Shown piece by piece: positions 12,735-24,071 of a stretch of DNA of 64,000 bases. Positions within the stretch are counted from its first letter, which is position 1, and every line of letters begins with the position of its first letter. Where the stretch lies: contig JASMBU010000005.1 of assembly GCA_030753675.1 (NCBI GenBank), forward strand, positions 19,339 to 83,338. The letters are read 5' to 3'. A program made the position numbers and the translations under genes. The notes beneath the pieces are model-generated. The model worked only from the letters and a program-made list of their open reading frames with translations. It did not search any database and was not told the origin of the DNA. Origin of the DNA: Methylococcales bacterium. GTDB lineage: Bacteria; Pseudomonadota; Gammaproteobacteria; Methylococcales; Methylomonadaceae.

Positions 12735-15557
12735 ATGGAATATAAAAAGACACTGAATTTACCTAAAACAGCTTTCCCAATGAAAGCGAATTTGGCGCAA
12801 AGAGAGCCGGAGCGTTTAAAGCACTGGCAAAAGACATCTTTATACCAAGCGGTCAGAGAGGTCTATGATGGGCGAGAGAAGTTCATTTTGCATGATGGAC
12901 CCCCGTATGCAAATGGGGCTATTCATATAGGTCATGCGGTTAATAAGGTGCTCAAGGATATGATTGTTAAATCAAAATCACTCAGTGGCTTTGATGCGCA
13001 TTATATTCCTGGTTGGGACTGTCATGGGTTGCCCATTGAATTAATGGTTGAAAAAAAATCAGGCAAAGCGGGCGACAAAGTTAGTGCTACGAAATTCCGT
13101 GAATTATGTCGTGATTATGCTAGCAAACAAGTTGCTCTACAACGTGATGAGTTTATTCGGTTAGGCGTTTTTGGGGAGTGGGAGACGCCCTATTTAACGA
13201 TGGATTATAACGTTGAAGCGAATATTGTTCGAGCGTTAGGTAAAATTGCCAGCCGAGGTCATTTGCATCAAGGTGCGAAGCCTGTGCACTGGTGTACGGA
13301 TTGTGGGTCTGCCTTAGCGGAGGCGGAAGTAGAATATGAAGATAAGAAGTCGCCGGCTATCGATGTTAAATTCCAGGTATCGGATGAGCAGGAATTTTGG
13401 GATCGTTGTGAGGTTCCTGGCGAGCAAGGACAGGGTCCTATTTCATTTGTAATTTGGACCACAACGCCGTGGACATTGCCTGCGAATCAGGGGGTTGCGC
13501 TTCATCCTGAATTAGAATACGTTATCGTTCAGTGTGTCATCGAGGGACGTTCGGAGCGTTTGGTTTTAGCAAAAGCCTTGCTGAGTGATGTTGTTGCAAG
13601 GTATGGCATTGAGGAACATGAGATTTTAACCCGTTGTGAAGGGCGTGTTTTTGAGACCTTACGGGTGCAGCATCCTTTTTATGATCGACAGGTACCGATT
13701 GTTTTAGGGGATCATGTTACGACAGAAGCTGGGACGGGTGCTGTGCATACGGCTCCAGGTCATGGGCAAGATGATTATCTGGTAGGGCTCAAGTATGATT
13801 TACCCATAGATAACCCTGTGGCAGATAACGGCGTTTTTTTACCGGGGACAGAGTTTTTTGCCGGCGAGCATGTTTTTAAAGCGAACAGTCATGTCTTAAC
13901 GGTGTTGAAAGAACATGGGAAACTCGTTCATGAAACTATTTTGGAGCATAGTTATCCGCATTGTTGGCGTCATAAAACGCCGATAATTTTTAGGGCGACA
14001 CCTCAATGGTTTATTGCCATGGATCAGGCTAAGCTACGAGAGATGGCGTTGGCGGCTATTGACAATGTTCAATGGATTCCAGAATGGGGTAAGATCAGAA
14101 TTCAAGGCATGGTTGATGGTCGTCCTGATTGGTGTATTTCAAGGCAACGTAACTGGGGCGTGCCGGTTGCTTTATTTGTACATAAGGTTACGCGTGAGTT
14201 GCATCCTGAAACAGAAGCCTTGATTGAACTAGTTGCGAAACGTATTGAAGAAAAAGGAATTGAAGCATGGTTTAGTTTAGATGCGGAAGAGATTCTAGGC
14301 TCTGATGCAGAACATTACGAGAAAATGTCTGATACTTTGGATGTGTGGTTTGATTCCGGTGTGACGCATGCGAGTGTTCTTCAAGAGCGAGAGAATTTAC
14401 ACTTTCCGGCAGACTTGTATTTAGAAGGCTCTGATCAGCACCGGGGTTGGTTCCAGTCGTCTTTATTAACGGCTGTTGCGATAAATGGTGAGGCACCCTA
14501 TAAGGCTGTGTTAACGCATGGTTTTGTTGTGGATGCTGATGGCCGAAAAATGTCTAAATCAAAAGGCAATGTTGTTGCGCCGCAAACTATTATGAAAACT
14601 TTAGGTGCTGATGTTTTGCGGTTATGGGTTGCTGCCACTGATTATCGAGGTGAGATGTCGGTTTCTGATGAGATTCTAAAGCGTACTTCAGACGTGTACC
14701 GTAGATTACGTAATACGGCGCGTTTTTTATTATCTAATTTAGACGGTTTTGATCCCGCCTCTGACAGTGTTCCACCCGGAGAGTTATTGTATTTAGATAA
14801 ATGGGTTGTTGATCGTAGCTATGAATTACAACAGGAAGTCATTGCCGCTTATGATGATTATGAGTTTTTACAGGTTTATCAGAAAGTACATCATTTTTGT
14901 GCAATTGATTTAGGTGGTTTTTATCTGGATATTATTAAGGATAGGCAATATACCGTGAAAGAGGATAGTTTAGCGCGTCGTTCTGGGCAGACGGCAATGT
15001 ATCATGTTGTCGAAGCGTTGACGCGATGGTTGGCGCCAATCACTTGTTATACAGCTGATGAGATTTGGTCGTATTTACCTGGCGAGAGATCTGAAAGTGT
15101 TTTTCTAGAGACTTGGTATGACGGTTTATTTCAATTAACTGAGGGTGACTTGTTGAGTCGTGATGATTGGGCACAAATTATTGCTGTTCGTGAGGTTGTG
15201 AGTAAAGAGCTTGAGGCTTTAAGGCAGTCAGGTGATATCGGGGCTTCTTTGAATGCAGAGGTTGAACTGTTTTGTTCAACGGAGATAGAAATGTTATTAA
15301 AACGATTGGGTTCTGAGTTGCGTTTTGTTTTTATCACTTCAGCGGCAAAGGTCAGCCATATAACCGAATGTACAGACGATGTGATTGAGACAGAGTTATC
15401 AGGAGTGAAATTAAAGTTAGCGGTTTCTTCGCATGAAAAATGTGTCCGTTGTTGGCATCATTCAGAAGATATCGGTCAAGATGATGTCCACCCTGAATTA
15501 TGTGGTCGCTGTGTTGAAAATATTTGTGCTGACGGTGAAACGCGCGTGTTTGTCTAA
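12735..15557 (+). CDS. ileS: Isoleucine--tRNA ligase
   Basis: 940 aa. HIGH ([14 protein letters not shown]), KMSKS ([10 protein letters not shown]), and a C-terminal zinc cluster CVRCWHH...CGRC. Confidence 0.97.
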   Translation: MEYKKTLNLPKTAFPMKANLAQREPERLKHWQKTSLYQAVREVYDGREKFILHDGPPYANGAIHIGHAVNKVLKDMIVKSKSLSGFDAHYIPGWDCHGLPIELMVEKKSGKAGDKVSATKFRELCRDYASKQVALQRDEFIRLGVFGEWETPYLTMDYNVEANIVRALGKIASRGHLHQGAKPVHWCTDCGSALAEAEVEYEDKKSPAIDVKFQVSDEQEFWDRCEVPGEQGQGPISFVIWTTTPWTLPANQGVALHPELEYVIVQCVIEGRSERLVLAKALLSDVVARYGIEEHEILTRCEGRVFETLRVQHPFYDRQVPIVLGDHVTTEAGTGAVHTAPGHGQDDYLVGLKYDLPIDNPVADNGVFLPGTEFFAGEHVFKANSHVLTVLKEHGKLVHETILEHSYPHCWRHKTPIIFRATPQWFIAMDQAKLREMALAAIDNVQWIPEWGKIRIQGMVDGRPDWCISRQRNWGVPVALFVHKVTRELHPETEALIELVAKRIEEKGIEAWFSLDAEEILGSDAEHYEKMSDTLDVWFDSGVTHASVLQERENLHFPADLYLEGSDQHRGWFQSSLLTAVAINGEAPYKAVLTHGFVVDADGRKMSKSKGNVVAPQTIMKTLGADVLRLWVAATDYRGEMSVSDEILKRTSDVYRRLRNTARFLLSNLDGFDPASDSVPPGELLYLDKWVVDRSYELQQEVIAAYDDYEFLQVYQKVHHFCAIDLGGFYLDIIKDRQYTVKEDSLARRSGQTAMYHVVEALTRWLAPITCYTADEIWSYLPGERSESVFLETWYDGLFQLTEGDLLSRDDWAQIIAVREVVSKELEALRQSGDIGASLNAEVELFCSTEIEMLLKRLGSELRFVFITSAAKVSHITECTDDVIETELSGVKLKLAVSSHEKCVRCWHHSEDIGQDDVHPELCGRCVENICADGETRVFV

Positions 15558-15564
15558 AGTGAGT

Positions 15565-16038
15565 ATGTCGATGACTCGTTGGTTATGGCTGTCTATGTTT
15601 ACCGTTGTGTTTGATCAGGCAAGTAAATTTGCCGTTTTGGCGATGATGGAGCTTTACCAGACTATAGCGGTTATGCCGTTTGTCAATTTCACGTATGTGC
15701 ATAATACCGGTGCAGCCTTTAGTTTCCTCAGCCAGGCTGGAGGTTGGCAACGGTGGTTTTTTGCATTGTTTGCCGTTGTCATTAGTCTGGTTTTGTTGGT
15801 TTGGCTGATTCGACTTAAGCCGCATGAGCGGCTGTTGGCGGTTGCTTTGTCTTTGGTGTTAGGTGGTGCGATAGGCAATTTGATTGACCGTGTTGCATTA
15901 GGGTATGTGATTGATTTTATCGATGTGTATTACCAGTCATGGCATTGGCCGGTTTTTAATATTGCTGACTGCGCTATTACAATAGGGGTGGCTTTGTTGG
16001 TGTTAGATTCTTTTTTGTCGAAAGAGGTTGAAGGGTAA
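15565..16038 (+). CDS. lspA: Lipoprotein signal peptidase (signal peptidase II)
   Basis: NTGAAFSF and FNIADCAIT motifs, four TM segments. The track start at 15433 lies inside ileS. Plausible real starts are GTG 15559, ATG 15565 or ATG 15571, just after the ileS stop. Confidence 0.9.
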   Translation: MSMTRWLWLSMFTVVFDQASKFAVLAMMELYQTIAVMPFVNFTYVHNTGAAFSFLSQAGGWQRWFFALFAVVISLVLLVWLIRLKPHERLLAVALSLVLGGAIGNLIDRVALGYVIDFIDVYYQSWHWPVFNIADCAITIGVALLVLDSFLSKEVEG

Positions 16039-16051
16039 TCCATTTAGTAGG

Positions 16052-16600
16052 CTAAGGTGCTTTAAGTAAATGGTCTATTTTCCCCCAATTAAAGTAATGA
16101 CCGGGGTCGCTTTTTCTGTCGGGTGCAATCGTGCTGTGTCCAGTTATTTGTTTAGTGGTTAGTTGGGGATAATGAGCGATTAGCAGTTTTATGACGTGTG
16201 CTAGTTTTAGATATTGAGTGTCTTGGTAAGGGGAGTCGTCGGTCCCTTCCAATTCAATCCCGATTGAGAAATCATTGCATTGACTTCGTCCTTGATAGCG
16301 TGATTTTCCAGCATGCCAGGCGCGCATATTAAACGGGACATATTGTGTGATATCTCCATTTCTTCGGATAAAAAGATGTGCGGAAACTTGCATTTTTGCA
16401 ATGTGCTGGAACGATGGGTCGGCTTGGATAGGAAGTTTGTTACTGAATAAAAGGTCAACATTGTCATTATTGTATTGTCCGCTGGGTAGGCTGATGCAAT
16501 GAATAACAATGAGTGATATATCCGCTTCATCGGGTCGCTTGTCGTGGTTAGGAGAAAGGCGGTGCGTGGCCTGATTTAACCAATGTTGGGTTATTTGCAT
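16052..16600 (-). CDS. ampD: 1,6-anhydro-N-acetylmuramyl-L-alanine amidase AmpD
   Basis: Collinear with E. coli AmpD (SPNHDKRPD, VSAHLFIRRNGDITQYVPF, RAWHAGKSRYQGRSQCNDFSIGIELEG, GHSTIAPDRKSDPG). Divergent from nadC, as in E. coli. Start taken at MQITQHWL. Confidence 0.9.
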   Translation of the reverse strand: MQITQHWLNQATHRLSPNHDKRPDEADISLIVIHCISLPSGQYNNDNVDLLFSNKLPIQADPSFQHIAKMQVSAHLFIRRNGDITQYVPFNMRAWHAGKSRYQGRSQCNDFSIGIELEGTDDSPYQDTQYLKLAHVIKLLIAHYPQLTTKQITGHSTIAPDRKSDPGHYFNWGKIDHLLKAP

Positions 16601-16718
16601 GATTTTTTCGTTAAAGTAATGAACAACCAGTACTGTATTAGATAGAAAGTTGCAGTATCCTGTCAAGGTGATCTGGTTAACGTTTTAGGGGTATTAGATT
16701 AATGAGGGTGTATCGGTA

Positions 16719-17546
16719 ATGATGAGCATTGAAGAGCAAGTTGAAGTGTTTTTGGATGAGGATATTGGCTTTGGGGATGTGACCGCGCTTATTATTTCGG
16801 AAGAGTCTCAGGCGGTAGCAACGGTTATAACTCGGCAAAGAATGGTGCTATGTGGCCAGGCATGGGTTAGTGCGGTATTTAAATCATTAGATGAGACGGT
16901 TGCAATTGAATGGTTGGTTAATGAGGGGGAGTGGGTTGATGCAGGGAGTCAATTATGTACTCTTTCGGGTAATACGCGTGGGTTGCTGACAGGTGAGCGT
17001 ACGGCGCTTAATTTGTTGCAGACTTTATCTGCTGTGGCTACAGAGTCTAAGCAATATGCCCGTGCTGTTGCTGGAACCAATTGTCAGATTCTAGACACTC
17101 GTAAGACCTTGCCAGGTCTTCGGCTAGCACAAAAATATGCGGTGAAGTGTGGCGGCTGTTTGAATCATCGAGTGGGTTTGTATGATGGTATCTTAATCAA
17201 AGAAAATCATATTGTTGCGGCAGGATCGATTACTGCCGCTGTATCCCGAGCACGGTTAATTAGTTCGGTGCTTGTTGAAGTTGAAGTTGAGAATCAGCAC
17301 GAACTCAAAGAGGCCGTTGATGCGCGCCCAGATCGAATTATGTTGGATAATTTTTCTCTTGAGGATATGCGTGGGGCTGTGGAATGGGTTGCTGGGCGAG
17401 TCCCTTTGGAAGCATCGGGGGATGTTACCTTGGAGGGTATTGCTTCAATAGCGCGGACGGGTGTTGATTTTATTTCAGTTGGCGCGTTGACTAAAAATGT
17501 TTCGGCGGTTGACCTTTCAATGTGTTTCTCTGTTCAAAAAGGATAA
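16719..17546 (+). CDS. nadC: Nicotinate-nucleotide pyrophosphorylase (quinolinate phosphoribosyltransferase)
   Basis: 275 aa. LLTGERTALNLLQ, ILDTRKTLPGLR and LIKENH are typical NadC motifs. Confidence 0.9.
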   Translation: MMSIEEQVEVFLDEDIGFGDVTALIISEESQAVATVITRQRMVLCGQAWVSAVFKSLDETVAIEWLVNEGEWVDAGSQLCTLSGNTRGLLTGERTALNLLQTLSAVATESKQYARAVAGTNCQILDTRKTLPGLRLAQKYAVKCGGCLNHRVGLYDGILIKENHIVAAGSITAAVSRARLISSVLVEVEVENQHELKEAVDARPDRIMLDNFSLEDMRGAVEWVAGRVPLEASGDVTLEGIASIARTGVDFISVGALTKNVSAVDLSMCFSVQKG

Positions 17547-17572
17547 AGCATCACTATTTAAATGCTTAGGGT

Positions 17573-18750
<1,178 letters not shown>

Positions 18751-19131
18751 TTATAAGCAGTCTTGAAAAACATTTTTTATCCAATGGCATGTTGTGTTTT
18801 TTGATGTGTCGGGACCTACGGCGACAACATCAAATCTAATGGCGTTGTTAATCTGATGTGCCATTATAAAATGTTGTGCAGTTTTAATGATACGGTTTTG
18901 TTTGCTTTTGGTGATACTTTCAGTTGCTGAGCCGAAGTAATCATAGGAACGATAGCGGACCTCAATAAAAACGAATGTTTTTTGGTCATTCATGATGAGA
19001 TCAATTTCACCAAAGGATGTGCGGTAGTTTCGATCAATGGTGGTAAGCCCTTTTTTAATTAGAAAGTTATGGGCGATTTCTTCAGTGATAGCACCTTTCG
19101 TGGTGTTCTTTAGGCGTGGTTTAGGTGTCAT
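18751..19131 (-). CDS. yraN: YraN family (UPF0102) predicted endonuclease
   Basis: 126 aa. GEIDLIM...FVFIEVRYR matches the UPF0102 core, and the gene sits between lpoA and diaA. Confidence 0.8.
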   Translation of the reverse strand: MTPKPRLKNTTKGAITEEIAHNFLIKKGLTTIDRNYRTSFGEIDLIMNDQKTFVFIEVRYRSYDYFGSATESITKSKQNRIIKTAQHFIMAHQINNAIRFDVVAVGPDTSKNTTCHWIKNVFQDCL

Positions 19132-19137
19132 TGTGGG

Positions 19138-20988
19138 TTAAAAGTGCTGCTTCGATGGGAGTAGTGCTTGGTGCGGGGTGAAGCCTAAGACCTTGGGTTT
19201 TCCTTTATGAAATTTTGCACAGACGAGTTGGCGGCTGATATGGTTGTTTTTGGTTAGTTGTAGGTGGCCAGTAGCGCCTTTGAATAGAGTTTTTTGTAGA
19301 TTTTTTAAGTGCGGGATGAGTTGGTAAGCGTCAATCCCAAGGGCAATCAGTCTCAAGTAGGGCTGGGGAAATTGTTGCCAGTAGGGTTTTAAATTATTTA
19401 GGCTTAAAGGGCCAGAATAGGTTTTCTTGAAAAGCCAAGGGATGTCACAGAAAGTGATTTCATTCAGGTCGTTATCTTGTCGCGGGTTAGGGAGTCCAGA
19501 ATAGATTTGTGATGTTGCATAAACAGGTAGTTTTTCAGCACGGTAAAATTGTAGCTGGGGTTTTAATAATCGTGCTGAGCGTGGTTGACCGATAAGGAAA
19601 ATAGCATCAATATCTTGACGTCTTCTGGCAATAGTTTTTAAATCAGGGATAAAGCCTTGTAGTTTTTTGATTCGTGAATTGCTTTCGTTAAGGTTGAACA
19701 GTTGCTGGATCGGGGTAGAGAAATCATTTTTTTGAGGGGAATAAGCTTGCTTGTCAACAATGTGCTGGTCTTGTTTGGACCAGAAGTAGTCTAAATAGTG
19801 TTCCAGTCTACTTCCTGTAGTGTTGTCTGGTTTTAATAATAAGGTTCGGTTGTGGCCTTGTTGTGTCGCTTTCATCGTTAATTGAAAAATATCATCTACC
19901 GGGGAAAGGCTTAATTGGTAGAGATTCTTTTTGGCTAGATTATCAATTTGGTTCAGTGCTAAGACGGGAATTGCGAGTGTTTTTATTTGGGTGAGGGCTG
20001 CTATGTTTTGTTTTTCTAGCGGGCCGATAATTAGGTCGGCACCCTCTTTAACAGCCTGATGGTAAAGCTGTTTAGGGTCATTTTTTGAGCTGTCATAAAG
20101 GTGTATGGTCGGCCTGTGGGTAGCCTTGCTGTTATAATAGGCTGCGAGAAACCCTGTTTTGATGACCTTGGCTTGTTGGTGATGTGGGCCACTATTGGGA
20201 AGGATTAGTGCGATAGCGTGAGTGGCTGGTCTAGCGTTTTTGTCAGGGTTCAAATGGGTGTTTAGTAGGTCGTAGGTGATTAGTGTTTCTGGGTGTTGTT
20301 TTAGCCAGTGAGTTATTCTTGCTTCTGAGTCAGGTGTTTGGCGAATAGTTTGACGTAATAGGTGAGCGAGTGAGGCCCAGTCGCTGAGGTCACTTGATTC
20401 AAGGGTGTTTAGTTTTTCTATAGGTAGTTGTTGTAGTGTTTCTAAAATCGTGGAAAGGGTTTGTTGTTGGCTGGTTGGTGAAAGGAGCGGTGCGAGTGCT
20501 ACTTGAGCGCGAATGCTTTTAACGACCTGGCCAGTGAGCGAATAACCCCGTGATAGGCTTTTTTGGTAAGTTATTTGGTCTTCAGGGTTAAGTTGTTGGG
20601 GTGATAGCCGTGCTAGTTGCTTGAGAGCCTTTTTTGCAGCATGGTAGTGTAAGTTTATTTGTGCGAAAAGAAGGTTAAGATATAAACGTTGGTGCTGATT
20701 AAGATGTCTTGGGCTAATGTTTTTAGCGTAAATCAAGGTGGCCGGTATGTCATTGGACTTTATTAAGGCGTGAATGGTCTTGAAGCGAAAAAGGTCTTGT
20801 TGCGGGCTTTTTTGATCCGCTAACTTTTGGTATATTTCTGCCGCGTCTTGGAACTGGCCTTGGTTAAAAAAGTGATTTGCAGTTTCAGTTTTTTGTAGGG
20901 TTAGGTTGTTCTGTTGTAAGTTTTTACTGCAACCTGTTGTTAGGCTAACCAGTAGTGTAATCAGTAAGTAGAGGGAGGGGTATTTCAT
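19138..20988 (-). CDS. lpoA: Penicillin-binding protein activator LpoA
   Basis: 616-aa lipoprotein (lipobox LTTGCS) with an N-terminal TPR-like region and a C-terminal periplasmic-binding-protein-like domain. Divergent from rsmI, as in E. coli. Confidence 0.8.
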   Translation of the reverse strand: MKYPSLYLLITLLVSLTTGCSKNLQQNNLTLQKTETANHFFNQGQFQDAAEIYQKLADQKSPQQDLFRFKTIHALIKSNDIPATLIYAKNISPRHLNQHQRLYLNLLFAQINLHYHAAKKALKQLARLSPQQLNPEDQITYQKSLSRGYSLTGQVVKSIRAQVALAPLLSPTSQQQTLSTILETLQQLPIEKLNTLESSDLSDWASLAHLLRQTIRQTPDSEARITHWLKQHPETLITYDLLNTHLNPDKNARPATHAIALILPNSGPHHQQAKVIKTGFLAAYYNSKATHRPTIHLYDSSKNDPKQLYHQAVKEGADLIIGPLEKQNIAALTQIKTLAIPVLALNQIDNLAKKNLYQLSLSPVDDIFQLTMKATQQGHNRTLLLKPDNTTGSRLEHYLDYFWSKQDQHIVDKQAYSPQKNDFSTPIQQLFNLNESNSRIKKLQGFIPDLKTIARRRQDIDAIFLIGQPRSARLLKPQLQFYRAEKLPVYATSQIYSGLPNPRQDNDLNEITFCDIPWLFKKTYSGPLSLNNLKPYWQQFPQPYLRLIALGIDAYQLIPHLKNLQKTLFKGATGHLQLTKNNHISRQLVCAKFHKGKPKVLGFTPHQALLPSKQHF

Positions 20989-21015
20989 TGGAAGTATGGA
21001 TTAAAAGAGGGTTAA

Positions 21016-21873
21016 GTGACTAACTTGGATAATAGACTATATATTGTCGCGACACCAATAGGTAATTTACAAGATTTTAGTTATCGAGCTGTTGAGATTT
21101 TGCGTTCAGTTGATTGGATCGCTGCAGAAGATACGCGGCGAGCTCGCTTATTGTTACAGCATTACGGCATACAGAATAAACTGGTTTCAGTGCATGACCA
21201 TAATGAAACATCTAAGGCGCCTGAATTGATTAAGAAGTTACTTTCCGGTATGAGTGGTGCGCTAATTTCAGATGCTGGGACACCGTTAATTAGTGATCCT
21301 GGTTTACCGTTGGTGCGATTGGCAAAAGAGGCAGGCGTTAAGGTGTCGCCTATTCCTGGGGCTTGCGCTTTAGTCGCTGCATTATCTGTTTCCGGTGTGG
21401 CTGTAAGTCGTTTTAGTTTTGAAGGTTTTTTAGGGCGGACTGCGGCATCAAGAAGAGCCTTTTTTACTGAGAAGTTAGCGGATACTCGGACATGGGTTTT
21501 TTATGAATCCAGTCACCGTATTTTGGCGTGTTTAAAAGATTTAGCGGCGAGTCTTCCTGATAATAGAAAGATAGCGGTAGCGCGAGAGATGACTAAAATC
21601 TATGAAACGGTTCTTTATGCGCCGGTTTCCAAAGTGTTACGTGTGGTTGAAGATAATGAAAATATGCGTAAAGGTGAGTTTGTCGTTATTGTTGAGGGCT
21701 GCCCTTTAAAGAAAGTGAGCGATGTTTCGGCCGAACAATTGCGAGTTCTGACTATTTTGTTGAAAACGCAAACAGTCAAAGGAGCTGTCGCATTAGCAGT
21801 AGAGATAACAGAAGGAAGTAAGAAATTATTGTATCGTGAGGCTTTGCGGATTATGAAAGAACAGCATGAGTGA
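21016..21873 (+). CDS. rsmI: 16S rRNA (cytidine1402-2'-O)-methyltransferase RsmI
   Basis: LYIVATPIGNLQDFSYRAVEIL...AAEDTRR is the tetrapyrrole-methylase-like RsmI signature. GTG start. Confidence 0.9.
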   Translation: MTNLDNRLYIVATPIGNLQDFSYRAVEILRSVDWIAAEDTRRARLLLQHYGIQNKLVSVHDHNETSKAPELIKKLLSGMSGALISDAGTPLISDPGLPLVRLAKEAGVKVSPIPGACALVAALSVSGVAVSRFSFEGFLGRTAASRRAFFTEKLADTRTWVFYESSHRILACLKDLAASLPDNRKIAVAREMTKIYETVLYAPVSKVLRVVEDNENMRKGEFVVIVEGCPLKKVSDVSAEQLRVLTILLKTQTVKGAVALAVEITEGSKKLLYREALRIMKEQHE

Positions 21874-21922
21874 GCATTTTCTTTTAGGCTAGTCTTGTGA
21901 GGATAAAAATAACTACTGAATA

Positions 21923-21931
21923 TGGTATAGT
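21923..21931 (+). promoter_or_regulatory. Candidate extended -10 promoter for rnpB
   Basis: TGgTATAGT (TG at 21923-21924, hexamer at 21926-21931) lies about 8 nt upstream of the predicted rnpB 5' end. No good -35 is present. Confidence 0.4.
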
Positions 21932-21939
21932 TCCCTAAT

Positions 21940-22302
21940 GAGCCGGCTGAGCAGTCGCTATGTCTTTAAATTTAAGGTGTAGAGGAAAGTCCGGGCTCCA
22001 TAGGGCAGGGTGCCAGGTAACGCCTGGGGGACGTAAGTTCACGGAAAGTGCCACAGAAAATATACCGCCTCTTGTTTACAGGGGGTAAGGGTGAAATGGT
22101 GCGGTAAGAGCGCACCGCGCTGCTGGTAACAGCAATGGCAGGGTAAACCCCATCCCGGAGCAAGATCAAATAGAAGAATATTGACTGATGTCAGACATGC
22201 GGCCCGCATGATTCTTGGGTAGATTGCTTGAGCAACGAGGCGACTTGTTGCCTAGATGAATGACTGTTCTCGACAGAACCCGGCTTATAGGCCGGCTCGC
22301 TT
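21940..22302 (+). ncRNA. rnpB: RNase P RNA, bacterial type A
   Basis: Near-identical to conserved E. coli M1 RNA blocks: GGAAAGTCCGGGCTCCATAGGGCAGGGTGCCAGGTAACGCCTGGGGG, GGTAAGGGTGAAATGGTGCGGTAAGAGCGCACCGC, and GATGAATGACTGTTCTCGACAGAACCCGGCTTATAG. P1 pairs GAGCCGGC (5') with GCCGGCTC (3'). Ends are accurate to a few nt. Confidence 0.95.
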
Positions 22303-22307
22303 TTATA

Positions 22308-22340
22308 ACGCCTATTTTTCGATAGGCGTATCTTGTGTTT
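22308..22340 (+). terminator. Probable terminator after rnpB
   Basis: 8-bp perfect stem ACGCCTAT / ATAGGCGT with a 6-nt loop, followed by a weak, T-rich tail ATCTTGTGTTT. Confidence 0.5.
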
Positions 22341-22558
22341 TCCAAGAATTCTGGTTGAAAAGGTAACGCTTTAAGACACGGGTGAATAATTCAGTATTTC
22401 TAAACGTTAATATAACGTATCTAATTAACATTAATATATACCTATAATTATATGAAAAATATGCGCTTTTAGAGTTTTTACTGGCTGTATTTTAAAATAA
22501 TTACGGTGATAACCCATCTAAGTCATTGTCACTAAAGGAAAAAAACCCATTAACACGC

Positions 22559-22587
22559 TTGACTATCTCAAATGAGAGTCATATAGT
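22559..22587 (+). promoter_or_regulatory. Pmra-like sigma70 promoter of the dcw cluster
   Basis: TTGACT (22559-22564), 17-nt spacer, TATAGT (22582-22587), directly upstream of the MraZ boxes and mraZ. Confidence 0.65.
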
Positions 22588-22593
22588 CCTTGT

Positions 22594-22620
22594 AAAGTGG
22601 TTAAAAGTGGTTAAAAGTGG
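22594..22620 (+). promoter_or_regulatory. MraZ operator: three direct AAAGTGG boxes at 10-bp spacing
   Basis: AAAGTGGTTA AAAGTGGTTA AAAGTGG (boxes at 22594, 22604 and 22614). This matches the published MraZ box pattern (GTGG-type repeats with a 10-bp period), placed between the -10 element and mraZ. Confidence 0.8.
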
Positions 22621-22646
22621 TTTTTTTTGGATATTTGAGGTGGCTT

Positions 22647-23114
22647 TTGTTTCGAGGGGTAAGTTCGGTGAGTCTGGATGCGAAGGGGCGGTTAGCGATC
22701 CCAACGCGTTATCGGGCGGAACTTTTTGACTGTTGTTCGGGGCAATTAGTTGTCACTGTTGCTGTCGATGAGACAGGATCAGGTGAATCCGGGTGCTTAT
22801 GGCTATATCCGCTTTCTGAATGGGAATCTTTGGAAGAAAAAATCAGCAAATTGCCAACACTAAATAAAATGGCTGGGAGATTGAGGCGTTTTGTTATTGG
22901 TTATGCGACTGAATGTGAAATGGATGCTCAGGGACGGCTTTTGTTATCTGAAAATTTAAGAAACTTTGCCAAATTAGAGAAGCAAGTTGTTTTGTTGGGG
23001 CAATTGAATAAATTTGAAATTTGGAATGAGTCTATTTGGACAACTAAGGAAAGTGATTGGTTATCAAGTGATGAGGGTAATGCTACAGAAGAATTAGCAT
23101 CAATTTCTTTTTAA
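22647..23114 (+). CDS. mraZ: Transcriptional regulator MraZ
   Basis: The canonical N-terminus (M)FRGVSSVSLDAKGRLAIP begins at TTG 22647, preceded by GAGG. The second repeat, EMDAQGRLLLSE, confirms the duplicated MraZ fold. The track start at 22617 is probably too far upstream. Confidence 0.9.
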   Translation: MFRGVSSVSLDAKGRLAIPTRYRAELFDCCSGQLVVTVAVDETGSGESGCLWLYPLSEWESLEEKISKLPTLNKMAGRLRRFVIGYATECEMDAQGRLLLSENLRNFAKLEKQVVLLGQLNKFEIWNESIWTTKESDWLSSDEGNATEELASISF

Positions 23115-23135
23115 TTTTTGAGGTCGGGTACTGGC

Positions 23136-24068
23136 ATGGATGGACATTTACCGGTAATGCTTAAGGAGTGTATTCAAGGCCTTAACATTAAGAAGGGTGG
23201 TAAATATTTAGATTGTACTTTTGGTCGCGGTGGGCACAGTAAACACATACTCGCTGAGTTAGGTGAGGAAGGGAGTTTGCTTGCATTAGATAGGGACCCG
23301 ATGGCAATCGCTTCGGATAATGCCAAGCAGTTATTATTAGATCGTCGTTTTCGGTTACAGCATCAAAGTTTTTCATTGTTGGGAGAGTCCGTTTCAAGTC
23401 AAGGGTGGGATGGACAGGTCGATGGGATTTTGTTAGATCTCGGCGTGTCGTCTCCGCAATTGGATGACTCTTCTCGTGGGTTTAGTTTTATGAGAGATGG
23501 TCCGTTAGATATGCGTATGGATACTAGTGCGGGAGTAAGTGCTGCACAGTGGCTGGCGAGCGTAGATGAATATACATTGATTTCTGTGCTCAGACATTAT
23601 GGTGAAGAACGGTTTGCCCGAAGAATAGCGGTAGCCGTTATTAAAGAAAGGGATATTAAGCCATTACAAACAACGCGGCAATTGGCGCGTTTAATTGAGA
23701 CAGTTATTCCTGTGAGGGAGAAACATAAACATCCTGCGACACGTAGTTTTCAAGCGATAAGAATTGAAATAAATCAGGAATTGGAGCAATTGAAACAAGC
23801 GCTTCAGCAATCAATTAATGCGTTGAGTCCGGGTGGAATTTTAGTGGTTATGTCTTTTCATTCGTTGGAAGACCGAATTGTAAAGCGCTTTATTCGTGAT
23901 CAGTCTCGTGGTAAATACACGCCTTTATCGCGAAGACTTTTAGAGAACGATGATAGTCAAATAACCTTTAAGAAGGTTGGTAAAGCAATTAAGGCGAGTG
24001 AGGATGAAGTCAAGCATAACCCTCGATCAAGAAGTGCGGTGTTACGTCTGGCTGAGCGATTAGGCTAG
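23136..24068 (+). CDS. rsmH: 16S rRNA (cytosine1402-N4)-methyltransferase RsmH (MraW)
   Basis: HLPVMLKE, DCTFGRGGHS, LDLGVSSPQLD, MRMD and SFHSLEDRIVK motifs. Start is ATG 23136, or TTG 23118. Confidence 0.93.
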   Translation: MDGHLPVMLKECIQGLNIKKGGKYLDCTFGRGGHSKHILAELGEEGSLLALDRDPMAIASDNAKQLLLDRRFRLQHQSFSLLGESVSSQGWDGQVDGILLDLGVSSPQLDDSSRGFSFMRDGPLDMRMDTSAGVSAAQWLASVDEYTLISVLRHYGEERFARRIAVAVIKERDIKPLQTTRQLARLIETVIPVREKHKHPATRSFQAIRIEINQELEQLKQALQQSINALSPGGILVVMSFHSLEDRIVKRFIRDQSRGKYTPLSRRLLENDDSQITFKKVGKAIKASEDEVKHNPRSRSAVLRLAERLG

Positions 24069-24071
24069 GTC

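Noticed and set aside
21972-22169. 65-aa minus-strand ORF.
   Set aside because: It lies entirely inside the RNase P RNA gene (rnpB), so it is an artefact of ORF calling.
22404-22418. Perfect palindrome ACGTTA-ATA-TAACGT in the AT-rich region between rnpB and Pmra.
   Set aside because: It is short, lies in very AT-rich DNA where such palindromes arise by chance, and matches no known regulator consensus that I recognise.
22594-22620. Tandem 10-bp repeats, considered as a possible CRISPR or minisatellite.
   Set aside because: There are only three units and no spacers. The sequence and position match the MraZ operator.
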